NCBI GenBank assembly: GCA_951406725.2
Contig: OX597817.1
Span: 94,798,001 to 94,862,000, forward strand
Source of the DNA: Octopus vulgaris
Lineage: Eukaryota
Length of the DNA: 64,000 nucleotides
Reading direction: 5' to 3'
The stretch's first letter is position 1. Each line of letters begins with the position of its first letter. Made by a program: the position numbers and the translations under genes. The notes beneath the pieces were generated by a model. The model did no database searches, was not told where the DNA came from, and saw nothing but the letters and a program-made list of their open reading frames with translations. Shown piece by piece: positions 1-12,824 of the stretch.

Positions 1-177
1 CCCTGTGTTGTTTAACATTCACCTGGTAGCTATAACTCTTCTTTGCACCGAAGAAGACGGTATTTGTATCAGGTACCGATATAATGGCAGCAATGTCTGC
101 TTCCATGAGAAGCAATGTGCTGAAGGCGGAGGAGGAAGAATGTCCTAGACTGATGCTGTCATCAACTTTGACGGACC

Positions 178-458
178 TGTGGTGTGTGCTAGAGATTCGA
201 ATATAAAGGCACCTACCTTCTCTTCGCTCCGATGGAGACCCTTCAGTGGTAACGGATCCTTAGACACAGCCCGACCCGAACGCTAAAGATAGCAGCTGCT
301 TCACCCAACCTTAGCAACGTGTTCACCCGTCTTAACACGCCGACGACCCTCGTTCGAAAAGGCTGAAATCCCCGCTCGCTGCGCGCACGTTCTGGCTTCC
401 CCCTTCCGGTCAGCCCCAACTTCCGGTCAGCTCACCCAGCTGCTAACGTCATCCCACA
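178..458 (-). repeat. 3' LTR (281 bp, TG...CA)
   Basis: Direct repeat of 3169-3434; minus strand begins TGTGGGATGAC and ends CACACCACA. Confidence 0.95.
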
Positions 459-471
459 CGCCACCCTGATC

Positions 472-2631
472 TTAAAGATCACAGTCTCTCCGCTCTATGT
501 CGTAGTCCACCATCCAACCGGGAGGGCGCCTTGCACGTCGAGATCTTCTCAAGCTGGGCACCTCGTTCTCCCCTTCTCCAGAATCGTCGTCCGTCGAAGC
601 GACGATCCTGCGAAGGTCCAAGACGTGTCGCGGGATTCCATCCACAGAGATGTTGTTTCTGGAATTGACCGCCGGCACCGTTCCTCTGCTCCATTGAGAC
701 GTACAGCGCGCCTTTGGTGGATTAACCCAGACTTCCTCCCCTATTTTCACGCAAACGGGTCCCTTCTCTTCCTCGTGGACCTCCGGCGCTTTGCTCGGGT
801 ACCTCCATTCATATTTAAATACAGCTCTTTGCGGCACAGATTCCTCAGCTTGTCCGGATCGGGGAGACAAGTTGTACCAAAAAACTGCTTCAAGCGGCGA
901 AATGTGCCCTCTTTCCGCTATGGCCTTGACTGTCCGATGGTGCCTCTCCCCGATCCCGTTACCGCTCGGCCTATACGCTGCTCTGTACAAGCGACGCACC
1001 TTCCACCGATCAAGCATAACCCTCAATGCTTCCGAACAAAACGCCGCCCCGTTGTCCATCAGTAGTTCTTCCACGGGACCTCTCTCTAAAAATATCCCGT
1101 TCAGGATCTGCGCGATCTCGTCAGCATTGCCCGTTCTCAACTCCCTCCAAATGGCCAGCCGGCCTGGCCCGCAGTCGATCATGGAGAGGTACATTCCCTG
1201 ACGGTAGTGTGTCACATCCACAGCTACCCTTTTCCAGTGCTGTTCCACCGAAAGGCTTCCCTGTTCATGCCCACACTGAGCAGGGTCGATGGACTGACAC
1301 CTGTCGCAGCTCCCGACCACCTTCCGGATGCTTCTCCTAGTGATGTCAGCATCAATTTTCTTCGCCAGATACAGGGTCCTGTCCACACCCAGGTGATGCA
1401 TAGCATGCAGTCTCTTCAGTTCAGAGTCATCCAACCGACACGCCGCAGCTATCCCTTTCGGGGCCTCCTCCGGTTCTTCCAACCACGCTCTTTTCACCCT
1501 GGTCAGTGCGTCTGCCCTGTTTTTCTCCGAAGGCACGAAAACCACATTCAGCTTCAGTCCGAACTCGGCGATCAATTCACCTAGAACTCCTAGACGGCGC
1601 TTCACTAACATCTCCGCGGCACCTTTCGTCCGCACTCTCCTTTCACCGGTGATCACCGATCCTACCCAGCCAAGCACAGTGGCCGAATCCGTCCGAATTT
1701 CAATTGTGCGCAGCCCCCATTTCAGGGCCAAGTTAACCCCTTTCAGCACCGCGTCTAATTCGGCGACATTGATGTGGTTTAAGTCATCTGCTTTCCGAAG
1801 CCAGGCCGCGTCCTCCACCGCAGCACCTTCGATTACCAACACAACCCCTATCGCTATACTGCTAGCATCACACCAGACGGTCCCGCATTCCGTCTTGGGC
1901 ACGTACCAGTTCCCCCTGACCGGGTCTTCCGTTCTCGTCCTCTCTAGGATTTCCTGCATCATCGCCACCGTCCCTTCTCCCACCTTGTCGCCCCAACTCT
2001 CCCTTCTGCTCGTCTCTTGGTGTAACTGCACGCCGTGCGCAGCCATTCGGCGATCGGGTAGTGACCGACCAACTTCCCACATACCGAGAACAGCTCTCTC
2101 CTGCTGACGCTGGAACTCAGCTGTGGCATTTCATTCCCTCTCCGGAACACCAATTCACCCGATCTATCTCTTCGCAGCTAGAGCCCCAGCGCGGCTCCCC
2201 CTTCCATCGACTCCGGTGGCTTCGCAATCAGTCCGAACTTCTCCAGATGTCTAACTACCTCGTTGGCTGGCACTACAGTTTCGTCCATCAAAATGTCGTC
2301 AGTGTAGGAGCTGGTGGCCTTTCTAATCTTGCCGTCTTTCGGAGCGGAATTCAGCCCGAAACCCAGCCTGGTTAAACAGTACGTCCGGCGTTTGTACCGC
2401 ACCAGCTGATATCGCCAGTTTGTCGCTCACATGGAGCTGCAAGTATGCCGATTTCAAGTCGACAATCGTCGCTGCCTCGGTCGACTGTCTCCACGCACGT
2501 AACGTCTCGCCACAAACGTCTGTCGCCTCATCTCCCGTGTGACACGATATATGCTGGTTTAGCTCCCTGAAGTCCAGCACCGGTCTGACTTTTCCCTTCG
2601 TAGGCTGCACCACCGTCATCGGGGGTAGCAC
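472..2631 (-). pseudogene. pol: Pol (RT-RNase H-integrase) split over several frames; protease absent
   Basis: RT: KVRPVLDFRELN, IVDLKSAYLQL, SYTDDIL. RNase H: WCDAS, NVAELDA, RTDS, NRADAL. Integrase: HHCC (LHAMHHLG..CDRC) and D-D35-E (VAVDV, MDNG, GIGER). Confidence 0.93.
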
Positions 2632-3133
2632 TCTGCCCAGAGTGTCGCGTCAACACGCGATCTTGAGTCACAAGTTCGCTCAGCGCCATCTTTTTAATCC
2701 CGGGCAATTGTTGCAGGTGAATCCCTACATCGTCGGGGAACCCATTTACAAATGCCAGTCGCGCTGCCTTCTCCAGACCTTCTCCCATAAACCCAGCTAG
2801 CGTCGCTAACCTTCTAACTTCTGCCGAGTACTCGTCCACCTGTCCTCCTGTCCATCTAATCGTACCTAGCTTAGCAAAAGCTGTGTATTCACACTCTGTG
2901 TAGGCATCCCGCAATCGTTGCTCTATTTTTTCCTCGATCAGGCGTTCCTCATCCTCCATTTCAAGGTATAGCGTTAACGCGCTCCCTTCTAAATACAGCG
3001 CCATAAGACTTGCCACATCGCTTATACCTTGCAGTCTTGCCACCAGCCTGATTTTACGAATCCAGGCCACTACATCGCCTTCACCATTGAAGGGTCTGAT
3101 GATGTCGCTGGCGATCCTGATTTTCGCAGACAT
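2528..3133 (-). CDS. gag: Gag N-terminal/capsid part, truncated
   Basis: MSAKIRIASDIIRPFNGEGDVVAWIRK...YLEGSAL...AFVNGFP immediately downstream of the 5' LTR; no zinc knuckle remains. Confidence 0.8.
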   Translation of the reverse strand: MSAKIRIASDIIRPFNGEGDVVAWIRKIRLVARLQGISDVASLMALYLEGSALTLYLEMEDEERLIEEKIEQRLRDAYTECEYTAFAKLGTIRWTGGQVDEYSAEVRRLATLAGFMGEGLEKAARLAFVNGFPDDVGIHLQQLPGIKKMALSELVTQDRVLTRHSGQSATPDDGGAAYEGKSQTGAGLQGAKPAYIVSHGR

Positions 3134-3168
3134 CGTGGTGACGACTTATGTGGAGTGCCGAAATAGCT

Positions 3169-3434
3169 TGTGGTGTGTGCTAGAGATTCGAATATAAAGG
3201 CACCTACCTTCTCTTCGCTCAGTAGTAACGGATCCTTCGACACAGCCCGACCCGAACGCTAAAGATAGCAGCTGCTTCACCCAACCTTAGCAACGTGTTC
3301 ACCCGTCTTAACACGCCGACGACCCTCGTTCGAAAAGGCCGAAATCCCCTCTCGCTGCGCGCGCGTCCCGGCTGCTCCCTTCCGGTCAGCCTCAACTTCC
3401 GGTCACCTCACCCTGCTGCTGACGTCATCCCATA
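3169..3434 (-). repeat. 5' LTR (266 bp; TG start mutated to TA)
   Basis: Direct repeat of 178-458 lacking a 15-nt block (CGATGGAGACCCTTC), with about 14 substitutions. Confidence 0.95.
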
Positions 3435-3455
3435 GGACCATCATAAGCAATAGGA

Positions 3456-3502
<47 letters not shown>

Positions 3503-3949
3503 ATATATATATATATATATATCGGTCAGAATCAAATGGCAGGAGACACATAACCTCTTTACAGCTGGAGGAAGGAAAGCATCATGGTCCCTCAGAAGCC
3601 CCCTTTTACAACACAGCTTTGGCGTGAAGTGAGCTTAAGGACTGCATCTACTATATACCAGGCCCTCGCACCCGCAAAAGGAAGCGCCACCGTAAAGTTG
3701 TTTTGGAAGGATATTCCTTAAATTAGTGGACAAACACTTAACACAGTCGCACAAATACGGGAGTTTGTTTACCAGACACAACTTAAGAGTTTTTTTTCAG
3801 TTCTGCGCCCAGCGTTAAAAGAATATTAGTGAGTACTCCTAAACCACGAGCAGAGGCAGTGTGTTCATGTAGAGTTTACAATGAATTTCCTGTGGGGATC
3901 GATGCAACTCAGCGGGTGTATGTATCAGGCTGAGACCTGACATGCATTG

Positions 3950-4300
3950 GCGACCACAGCAGCAGTGTTGGCAACACATCCTCCAATAACAACAACGACG
4001 ACTACAATTGCAGTGGTGACGGCAGTGGTAGTCATACCAGCAACGTGTCAAACAGCAGAGGCAACCACAACAGCAATACCAACAGCTATATAGCGGCAAC
4101 AGTACCAGCAATACGCCCGGCAGTGGCTGCGCGAGTAGCAATAGCAGCAGCAATCGCAGCGACGGCGGCAACAGTACCAGCGGCAGCAGCAACGACAACG
4201 TCAATACCAGCATCGGGCCCAGCAGTGATAGCAACATCGGCAGCATTACTGGCAGCTAAAACAACAACAATAGCGGCTGTAACACCATCAGCACAAGAGA
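3950..4300. repeat. Degenerate (CAG/CAA) trinucleotide low-complexity tract
   Basis: cagcagcaatagcagc-type repeats; explains the Ala/Leu/Cys-rich ORFs at 3839-4365. Confidence 0.7.
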
Positions 4301-4959
4301 ACGAGAGCACAGACACAGAAATATGTCGGTTTCACAGCGTCTGTATAACCACAGGTCCTCTTTAGGATACCAGAAAGGTACAATATCAGGTCCCTAGCCA
4401 GCTACGCATGGTGTTTAAAAAAAGGAGAGTATGTCACACATAATTAAATGGAAGCTCTTAGTATAAGCGGGGATATATCTCAACGGGAGAAAATGCTGTA
4501 AGCTTTGCTTCACCGAAAAAGCTAGGATCCTGAAAAACACACTTGATCCGGGCACCTTTTAAAACTCCAAACACGAGATGTTTAGTCAATGCCATCATCA
4601 AAGGAAATTCTAGTTGAAAACATGGGATACTCCATTTGCAAACTAGAAAACTTATTCCAATTTCGAAAGTAGTTGGTGCTGACACGGCTGGAACCGATAT
4701 AAAGGGAATAACTGCGCCTGGCCCTAAACTGTACCAGTGGGCTTTCTTTCCGGGGATTTTTTATTTACAAAATTAACAAACCATGATGTTTTCCGGCCAT
4801 ATGAGTCTAAGTGCTTTATTGGTGCGAAAGCAATGATCACTTTCAACATCACATACTTAATGGGTGTTGTTAAACGCTTTTAATCTTCGGTATTTCATCC
4901 AAGGAAATCCCCTTTAAAAATGTATAGTGTTGAAAAAACATAGTATACTTAAAGACCAG

Positions 4960-5165
4960 GCGAAACGAATTGTTCCGATTATAATCTCTTGGAGTACGAA
5001 GTGTGGGGCGCGGCTGAGAAAGACATCAACCCCGCAGCATGCAACACGAAGGCCGAGTTGGTGACCAAGGCCAAGGAGTTTGAAGATCTTCCCAGGGTCA
5101 AGTGAGGAATGCATACATCAGGTTCCATAGTCCTGTTGCGGTCGTGGTGAGAGCTGAGTAAGTTA
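4960..5165 (+). pseudogene. Tc1/mariner (DD37D/maT-like) transposase C-terminal fragment
   Basis: Reads NCSDYNLLEYEVWGAAEKDINPAACNTKAELVTKAKEFEDLPR, resembling the SPDxNPLDYxVW C-terminal motif. Confidence 0.7.
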
Positions 5166-5247
5166 TAATCTGCTAGGCATAATCTAGTTGCTATTTTTTG
5201 ATATTTTAAAAATACTTTATATTTTTAGATGGGATATTGTTCTCTTT

Positions 5248-5347
<100 letters not shown>

Positions 5348-6938
5348 ACATACACACACACTTACACGCGCACAATAGCTGAGTATCTCGTTGTTACCGA
5401 GTAATTTTCACAATGGAGTACCTTGACAGACTTTCGGAATAGCACACTTACATAAGTTGCATTTTCTCCGTTTTAACGGGGATTTTCAATTTTTTTTTTC
5501 ACCACACCCTTACAAATGATGGGAAGAAGCTTTATATGAATTTTTTTTATTTTAAATTTAGGAATTTTTTTCAAACCATTCTTCCCCACTCAGTACCGAT
5601 TTTGGCCATTAGGAAATCAACTATCACCATTACAGTCTCCACTTTCCTTATTTTCAAGCAGAAAATGAAACGTAATTTAAAAACATTAGTGAAACTGACT
5701 TAATTTTTTCATTTTATGGAATGATGATGCGGTGTTCCATTGCTGTGATTTAAGCAGCAACAAAAGTTTTATAATTTAAATCTTTAATTCCTAACCCCCG
5801 CACCAAGCCAGTCCATTCCATGTCTGTGTGTGTGCGTGCGTGTGTGTGTTTGTGTGTACGTGTGCGTGTGTGTGCGTGCGTGCGTGCGTGCGTGTGTGTG
5901 TGTCTGAGTGTGTGTATCTAAGAAAAAACATTTACGAACAGGAAGGTATGCTATGAAAATAAATTATTTTTTACATACCTTTTGAAAATCACTCTGTCAC
6001 CCTAATGAAATTCCTTACACACATACATACACACACTGACAAACACTGTCTCAACGTTAGCTACATATTTTTATAGAGAGTGAGAGTGGGGTAAATATAT
6101 ATAGAGAGAGTGAATTTTACCATGAGAAAAGCGAAAAGTGGAAGAGATAGACAAATTAAGAGATTATTTCTGTTGCTGTCACAAGTTTCGAAATTTTTAA
6201 ACTAGATGAACATTTTCAGATTTGATATATTAATTTACACTCTGACGTTGAATCCGGGTTTGCAATTCATTAATCCCGGAAGCTAACATTTAAAGTTTTC
6301 AACAAAATGAAAGCAATGCGTGAGAGACAATACATATATACACGGAGAAAGAGTGATAAAGAGTGTGGTAAATAATAGAGATAGATTGATGGTGACAGAT
6401 AGAGAGTAGGATAGTTGTCGATCTAAAAGTTGAATTATTTCTCGTAGGAATAATTTTTTCTTATTATTTAGAGACGCTGATTTCGAAAATCAAAATCGTT
6501 TTTCTCGCGGACTTTCGCGGCCTAACACACATGCATAATTACATGCATTCGCATTTATAAAGTAGATAGTACACAAATACAAATAAACACACACATACAC
6601 ACACACGCATACACGCACGCACACACATACACACACGCACACAGACACACACACACACATATATGTATGTATATATATACACTCGCATGTACATAGATGT
6701 ACCATATATCATATATAGATTTAAATGCTTACTTCTGATTTGTGACTGAAAAGTCGGATTGAGGAAACTTTTCGCCGAAGTTGAAGATCCTTTAGAAAAG
6801 ACATTATGAGATTTGCTATGAATAATATCAACATGGGTCCAGTATCGAGGATAGAAACTAATTCCTTCAATGTGTTGATATTCGGAACCCTGAAATGTAA
6901 AAGAAAAGATAAATATACATACACACACACACACGCAC

Positions 6939-6970
<32 letters not shown>

Positions 6971-7028
6971 GCATACATACATACATACATACATATACAC
7001 ACACCCACACATACACACACACAAACAT

Positions 7029-7081
<53 letters not shown>

Positions 7082-7206
7082 TGGATGACAGATTTTTGTA
7101 AGTCAAATTCCTTTATCATTGGAATACAGAATACATAAAAATTTCATTGAGATGTTAGATTTCAAGCGCTCTAATATTACAATCCAAAGAAAAGCAGTAT
7201 TACAAA

Positions 7207-7277
7207 ACCTTACGATCCTTTCGAGGAATGCTTTTGTATTGGATGAATTTTCCAGTCGGATTTCTCTCATCAGAAGT
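7207..7277 (-). ncRNA. Hammerhead ribozyme, inverted diverged copy
   Basis: actt-CTGATGA-gag...ctc-GAAAg-GATC-GTA-aggt. Confidence 0.6.
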
Positions 7278-7832
7278 ACAATTAAAATAGTTGAAAAATC
7301 GAGAAAGCTTAGAATATGTCCTACTTACAGAACTTGAAGTCATATCGAGTAATGATATATATATTTTTTTAAATGTTATAGTGTTTTTAAAAGATTTCGC
7401 AAGGATATAGAAAGACTTTCTGAAGTGGAAAAAGTTGTGAAGTAAAACATTTGTGCGAATGAAAATGAAATTTAAAATTTTTGTAAAAATAAAATAAAAT
7501 AAAATGAGGACTCAAGCTTCGGGTTAAACCTGGTTAACCATATAAGACAGTTGGGTTGCTGATAATTAAAGATAGTAAATAATTAAAGTAAGGTGAATCC
7601 ATATATGCAGAATGTTAGTGGGAACAGTTTAAAAATTCACATGATATTTTTGATTTACAATTTACAATGATCGTTAAATTACAACTTACATATAGAAGGT
7701 TAATAGTTTTTTTAAAATACTACAACATTTTAAAAACAAATATAAGATTACTCGATGTGACTTCAAGTTTTGTAAGTAGGAGATATTTTAAGCTTTCTCG
7801 ATTTTTTCAACTATTTTAATCGATTTATTTGT

Positions 7833-7917
7833 ACCCCTGATGAGAGAAATGCGACAATTTGTATCGGCTGGAAAACTCGCCCAATACAAACGCATTACTT
7901 GAAACGATCGTAAGGTT
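7833..7917 (+). ncRNA. Minimal type-I hammerhead ribozyme with long stem II
   Basis: CTGATGA (7837-7843), gagaaatgcg/cgcattactt stem II, GAAAC-GATC-GTA (palindromic stem III, GUA site); stem I has one mismatch. Confidence 0.75.
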
Positions 7918-8054
7918 TTGTAATACTGCTTCCCTTTTAATCGTAATATTGAAGCGCTTAAAACCTAACAACTCGATAAATTTTTATGTATTCTGTATTC
8001 CAATGATAAAGGAACTTGATCTACGAAAATCTGTCATCCACTTTGATCTTTGTT

Positions 8055-8111
<57 letters not shown>

Positions 8112-8283
8112 AATATACATTTATGTATATAAAGACAATGATATCATTAAACAAATATAATTGTTTGGGTTAGATAAACAAAAAATATACACATGTATAC
8201 ATGAAAATAGAAAGAAAGCATAGGCTGAAAATGTTCAGTTGATGAATATTCAAGTATAAATATATAGATATTTATATATCATG

Positions 8284-8341
<58 letters not shown>

Positions 8342-8358
8342 CATGCATATATATTAAA

Positions 8359-9109
8359 CTAGCAGAAAGACCGCCCTTCTGGCGGTTTTCTATTAGCCTT
8401 TTGATAATATTTTCACATTTGATTCCTAGTTCTAATAATTTATATATTTTATGTCAAGTTATTTCTTTGTATAATTGTGCTCACTTGCTTAGTAAATATT
8501 GCTTTCATTAATTTATCAGTCATAATTTTTCTTTTTTAAACAAACATCACTGTAGTCCAACAACAGAGGGGGAGGCAATTGGTCCAGTTTTACCTTCCTC
8601 TCAAAGCAATATAGAGATTTCAGTTCAGCAGCCCATCTATAAGCTTTGCAGTATATGCGGGAGAGAGAGAACACTGCAAACAATGTATGAAATAAACATG
8701 AAATGAAAAAAATCGTATAATAAAAAAAATTACTACAGATGTATATGCCCCCGAATTTGTTGCCTCATAACATCCAGAAAAATGCATACATCTTAAAAAT
8801 TTTTTTACAAATACTGCTTAGATGTTGTGGCTTCAGAGTATATAAGGATTTATGGGAAAGAATTGTTCCGAAGGGGTGAAGAGAAGAGTTTCGGAAAATT
8901 CACACTATCTGACTTTTTTCCCTCATAACTTTCAGGAAGATGGATATCTTTTAATGAAGATTAATACAAATCTCTTTCAAACGGCAGAGATTATGATTAT
9001 AAATAAATTTGTGGGGAAAAGTTTTTTCGGGGATTTTCCCCATTTCTTCGAAATGATGAGGTTAATGGTGGGGACATCTTTGTATGAAAAAAGTTTTGAA
9101 AACTCTTTT

Positions 9110-9148
<39 letters not shown>

Positions 9149-9547
9149 CCCTCCGGACCTATTTTGACCAATTTTTTTTTTTGCACTTCAAAACCTTGGC
9201 AAGAGCATTTTCGGTAAAAAAATATTTAAAAATTGTTAATATTTTTCGAGGGAAAAGCGATTTGGCTGTTGTTTCTAGCATATCCAAAAGACAACCCTCT
9301 TCGTTTCTTTATTACTCTCGCATGTATTGATATTTTTCAATATTCCCCCCATCCCCATTTATATATGCTATAAAAAAGAAAATTTGAGACATTATGAATT
9401 TTTTGCAACCCCACTCCCTGTCCCCGATTGTTTCTGTTTAGAAATTAAAATATCGGACAGCCTGAGAAGATCATTACTGGCATTTATCCACAGTCATTTT
9501 AAAAAATTACGAAGATGTACTTGCTTAGCAAATGACTTAATTTGAGA
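8359..9547 (-). mobile_element. Non-autonomous Helitron-type element
   Basis: Minus strand A|TCTCAAATTAAG ... hairpin ACCGCC-agaag-GGCGGT, 7 nt, CTAG|T: 5'-TC, 3'-hairpin+CTAG and A^T insertion site. Confidence 0.65.
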
Positions 9548-9654
9548 TCGTGTACTGAAACAAAAGCAATTGCAGCGTGAAAGGTGTTTGCAAGCCATTC
9601 AGGAACACACAAAAACCGTTAGTTTCATTTACTTCAACATTAAAATTTTATTCG

Positions 9655-9703
9655 TGTCGAAATATTTTCGTCGCTCTGAAACCACGACCTGTTCGCTAAC
9701 AAA
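9655..9703 (-). ncRNA. Variant hammerhead fold (G3-C8 core, GCGAACA)
   Basis: tttgtta-GCGAACA-g-gtcgt...gcgac-GAAAATATTT-cgaca; same family as 44398-44448; inverted partial copy ttttgtcaGTGAACAg at ~9731-9746. Confidence 0.55.
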
Positions 9704-10412
9704 ACTTCCCAAAAGTGATGCAGCACGAAATTTTGTCAGTGAACAGCACACACACACACACACACACACATACACACATTCGTTGCCTTTCATTTGTGTG
9801 TATGTGTATCTATGTGTGTGCGCGAGGGTGTATTGGTGAGTGAGTGTGTGTATGTCACTGTTGAAGTCGCTCGTGCAACTTGTTTGTGTATATATTGGCT
9901 TAGTGGTACAGTGTTTGGAAACGTGTAAGTAAGGTGAAAGTTTCGAGTACTTGTCGGTAACTTTTTCTTTCCTCGTCTTCTAATAGTAATTACCAAACTT
10001 TTTAGGCTCTTCTTACAGCTATCTCGCGTTCAAAAATGATATGGGTATTTTTTTAAAATTTCATATAATATATAATGTTTTTACATTACGTATACATTAA
10101 TAGAAAAAACGGTTGGTTTTCCAAGTAGCGAATTAAAACTTAAAAGTAAATAAAGTTTACTTTTGAAAATGAAAATGGAATACTCCGCAGTGAATGCAAT
10201 GAACATTTAAATTTGCGAGAAATTAGAGTTTAAAAAATTCAATAAACTTGAGAAATTGAAATCATAGGAAATTTTTTAGAACATAAATTTATAAAAATGC
10301 TTCCAGACGGTCAACCCTTTGATAATTGCTTTCTTTTAGAAATTGTTACTTACCTAATTAATAAATGTGTGTGTGTATGTGTGTGTGTGTATTTGTATGT
10401 CTAACGTCATAG

Positions 10413-10475
10413 TTTAGAAAATAACCATTGGTTTCATATCTAGCGTGAACTAGACATTTCTCCAGTTTTTCTAAA
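10413..10475 (-). ncRNA. Hammerhead fold in 3' pLTR (core mutated to CTGGAGA)
   Basis: tttagaaaaa-CTGGAGA-aatgtctag-ttcacg-ctagatat-GAAACCAATGGTT-attttctaaa. Confidence 0.6.
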
Positions 10476-10479
10476 TGAT

Positions 10480-12625
10480 AACTGTTCTCTGCAAAGAACG
10501 TTTCTTTAAACATAAGAACGCCGGTGATAGTTCAAGAAATATTCCTCTTAAAAAATTATGGCCAGGCGAGTTGTCTTCTTTCACGTCTTTCACCGGAACA
10601 TTAGGACGGAAATTGGAAAACCGAGCTATCGCTAGGTTTTCCAATTTTTAAAAGAAAATTTCCGAAAATGTGGACAACTCCCCACAGCTTCCGTCCTAAT
10701 GTTCAGGTAGCCTCCTGAGTAAGATCATAAGGATAATATATCTTTCTGCCATACACAATTTACACAGTCTTCTTTTAGGCGCCATACGTTTGCTGCGAGT
10801 GTTGTTGAGACGCGTCTCTCCGGGAACCTGAAAGAAGATCTGTGGTTGCTCAGACGAATTTTAAATTTGGATTCACAAGATACGACATAAATTTTAGTGT
10901 GTGTCCCTGTGTTGGCATTTATGTTATTGATATTTGCGCTGCTACACTGTAACCTCGATGTTACATCAGCCGTCCACTGGGCATCCATTTCTAATCCTGC
11001 ATGAACAATCTGCCTCTGTCCGTAGTTTAGGAGTGCTAGGTAGTTTTTTTCTTAACATTAGGTGCACAGCTGAAAGATTCTTAAATTATATCTGTTAAAG
11101 ATCTTTCTATATTTGTATGATCGCGTGAAATGTTTATGAACCAACCTAAGAAAAAGCTTACCTACGCACGTCCGGACGTTTAGGAAGAAGGGGAGAGCTA
11201 ACCAAAGGTCTTGCGGTGGCATTTCCTTTTATGGTTACTCAATCCTGGTATATATACTATATTCCCTTTGAACCCGCTGGCCGCTAGCGCCTCATTTTCA
11301 TCGAAAATAACTTTATTTGAAGAAATCTATTTACGGATACTTTTTATTATGTTTTTGAACACTATGGGTAGGTGGCAGGAGGCTGTATTAATGTACGATA
11401 GCCTATCATTCGGTTTACGGTATGGTCTGTAGGTGCCACTAACTAGATCAAGCGTGACATCCCAGAAGTTCACCACGGTAAGGTTAGTTTTTATGGTGAT
11501 TTTAAGGCCAAGGTCGTTGAGGGTGTGTATGATGTCTTTTCTAAGCCTATCTAAGGTATGGCCGTTAGCGCCTCTGGAGATGGCTAAGGCATCATCTCTA
11601 TATAAGCCGAAGTGGACAGAGGGGGATTTATTACCTAGGGTGTCCAGAATGTAAAACCCTATAAGGTCGCAAATATCAGCGCTGTAGTATGCCCCCATTG
11701 CGACGTAGAATGAGCCTTCAGGGTAAGTTCGTTTGACCCAGGTTGAATCATTGTTGAATAGTAGCGTTTTCCTAGCGTGCATAATTATATCTATTTCTCT
11801 ATCACTTACGTAGGTAATTCGTCTAGCATATACTAACTATCAAGTAACATTTTCAATATCGATGGATAAAAGTCTACTATATCGAATTGCATGAACTTAG
11901 CTCTAAAAGTGTTTCGTTTGGTCTCAAACCAATGTAACACCTCAATTGTGGTGTAAAGAGAAATTAGATACCTTCCTTATGTCTTTATTAACCCTTTTTA
12001 GGATGTGTTTACTCACAAGTCCGATTTCGGACTTGGCGGGGTTAATCAGGTGGCATTTAGGGTTGGAAGCGAATTTCGGTTTATGATCCTTGATAGTTAT
12101 AAAGGCATTATGTTTAGCTAGCATTTCTACCCTGTCGGCAATGTCCAGGTCGGTGACTATTCGTTTTGCCTCATTATTGATGTTATCATAGGTATGTGGT
12201 GCGGCCCGTCTATATTTTTGTGCGATGTTGTTCTCTAAGAGCCTGTTGTGGTCGTCGTTATCTATCTTATAAAGATTATTTGTCTTATCTGAAAATAGTA
12301 GGGTTCCATCTGAATTCTTAAGGAGGTGTATATCGGATCTAAGTCAACGTCGAAAGGTGGATGAGGACTTACGAAACTTAAGGTTTGATATAATACCCAG
12401 CAGGTCTGCTTCGAAAGTTTCGAGTTCTTTAATCTTGGGTGGGAATTTTCTAGGCCTGATGTTAAAGTGGTCTTTGTCCCAGTGTGGTGCATCTTGGTCG
12501 AAGAAAAAAGCTTTCAACCTCATGCGTCTTGTAATATCAATAATTTTTCGAAGTAGCATTCTTTTGTATAGTTCATTTAATGGTGTAGGAATATTTTTAA
12601 AGGAATATCCAATGTGCAAATCCAT
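10480..12625 (-). pseudogene. PLE reverse transcriptase + GIY-YIG endonuclease (stops and frameshifts)
   Basis: MDLHIGYSFKNIP; AFITIKDHKPKF..CHLINPAKSEIG; MGAYYSADICDLIG; LYRDDAL; FWDVTLDL..YRPYRKPND; CSCRIRNGCPVDG*C (CxCx5Cx5C); FKIRLSNHRSSF..TTLAANVW. Confidence 0.88.
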
Positions 12626-12824
12626 TAATGCGGAGAATATTACAAATAATTCGTGATTATGTAAAAGCGGTGGAGTTGTGAGGTACGGACCTGGTAGCAG
12701 TCTGTTAACATACACTTTGTGACCGGGGAGCGAAGAATCTTCATTACAGTATCATAAATCAGGAGAAGAGCATACCCTATAAAATATTGAGCAGTTGTTA
12801 ATTTTTTTACGTGTAACGTAATAG

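Larger units (their letters stand above)
178..3434 (-). mobile_element. Ty3/Gypsy LTR retrotransposon, internally deleted and frameshifted
   Basis: Two LTRs (178-458, 3169-3434); identical 5-bp flanks GGACC at 173-177 and 3435-3439 (TSD); gag then RT-RNaseH-integrase order on the minus strand; purine-rich AGGGTGGCG just before the 3' LTR. Confidence 0.96.
7079..8043. repeat. Foldback element: diverged ~310-bp inverted arms (7079-~7395 / ~7710-8043), each with a hammerhead motif, between (TA)n tracts
   Basis: aagtggatgacagatttttgtaag... versus ...ctacgaaaatctgtcatccactt (reverse complement). Confidence 0.85.

Noticed and set aside
625-2375. Plus-strand ORFs over the Gypsy pol
   Set aside because: Antisense shadows of a GC-rich coding sequence
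3839-4365. Cys-/Ala-rich ORFs resembling secreted or metallothionein-like proteins
   Set aside because: Product of degenerate CAG/CAA repeats
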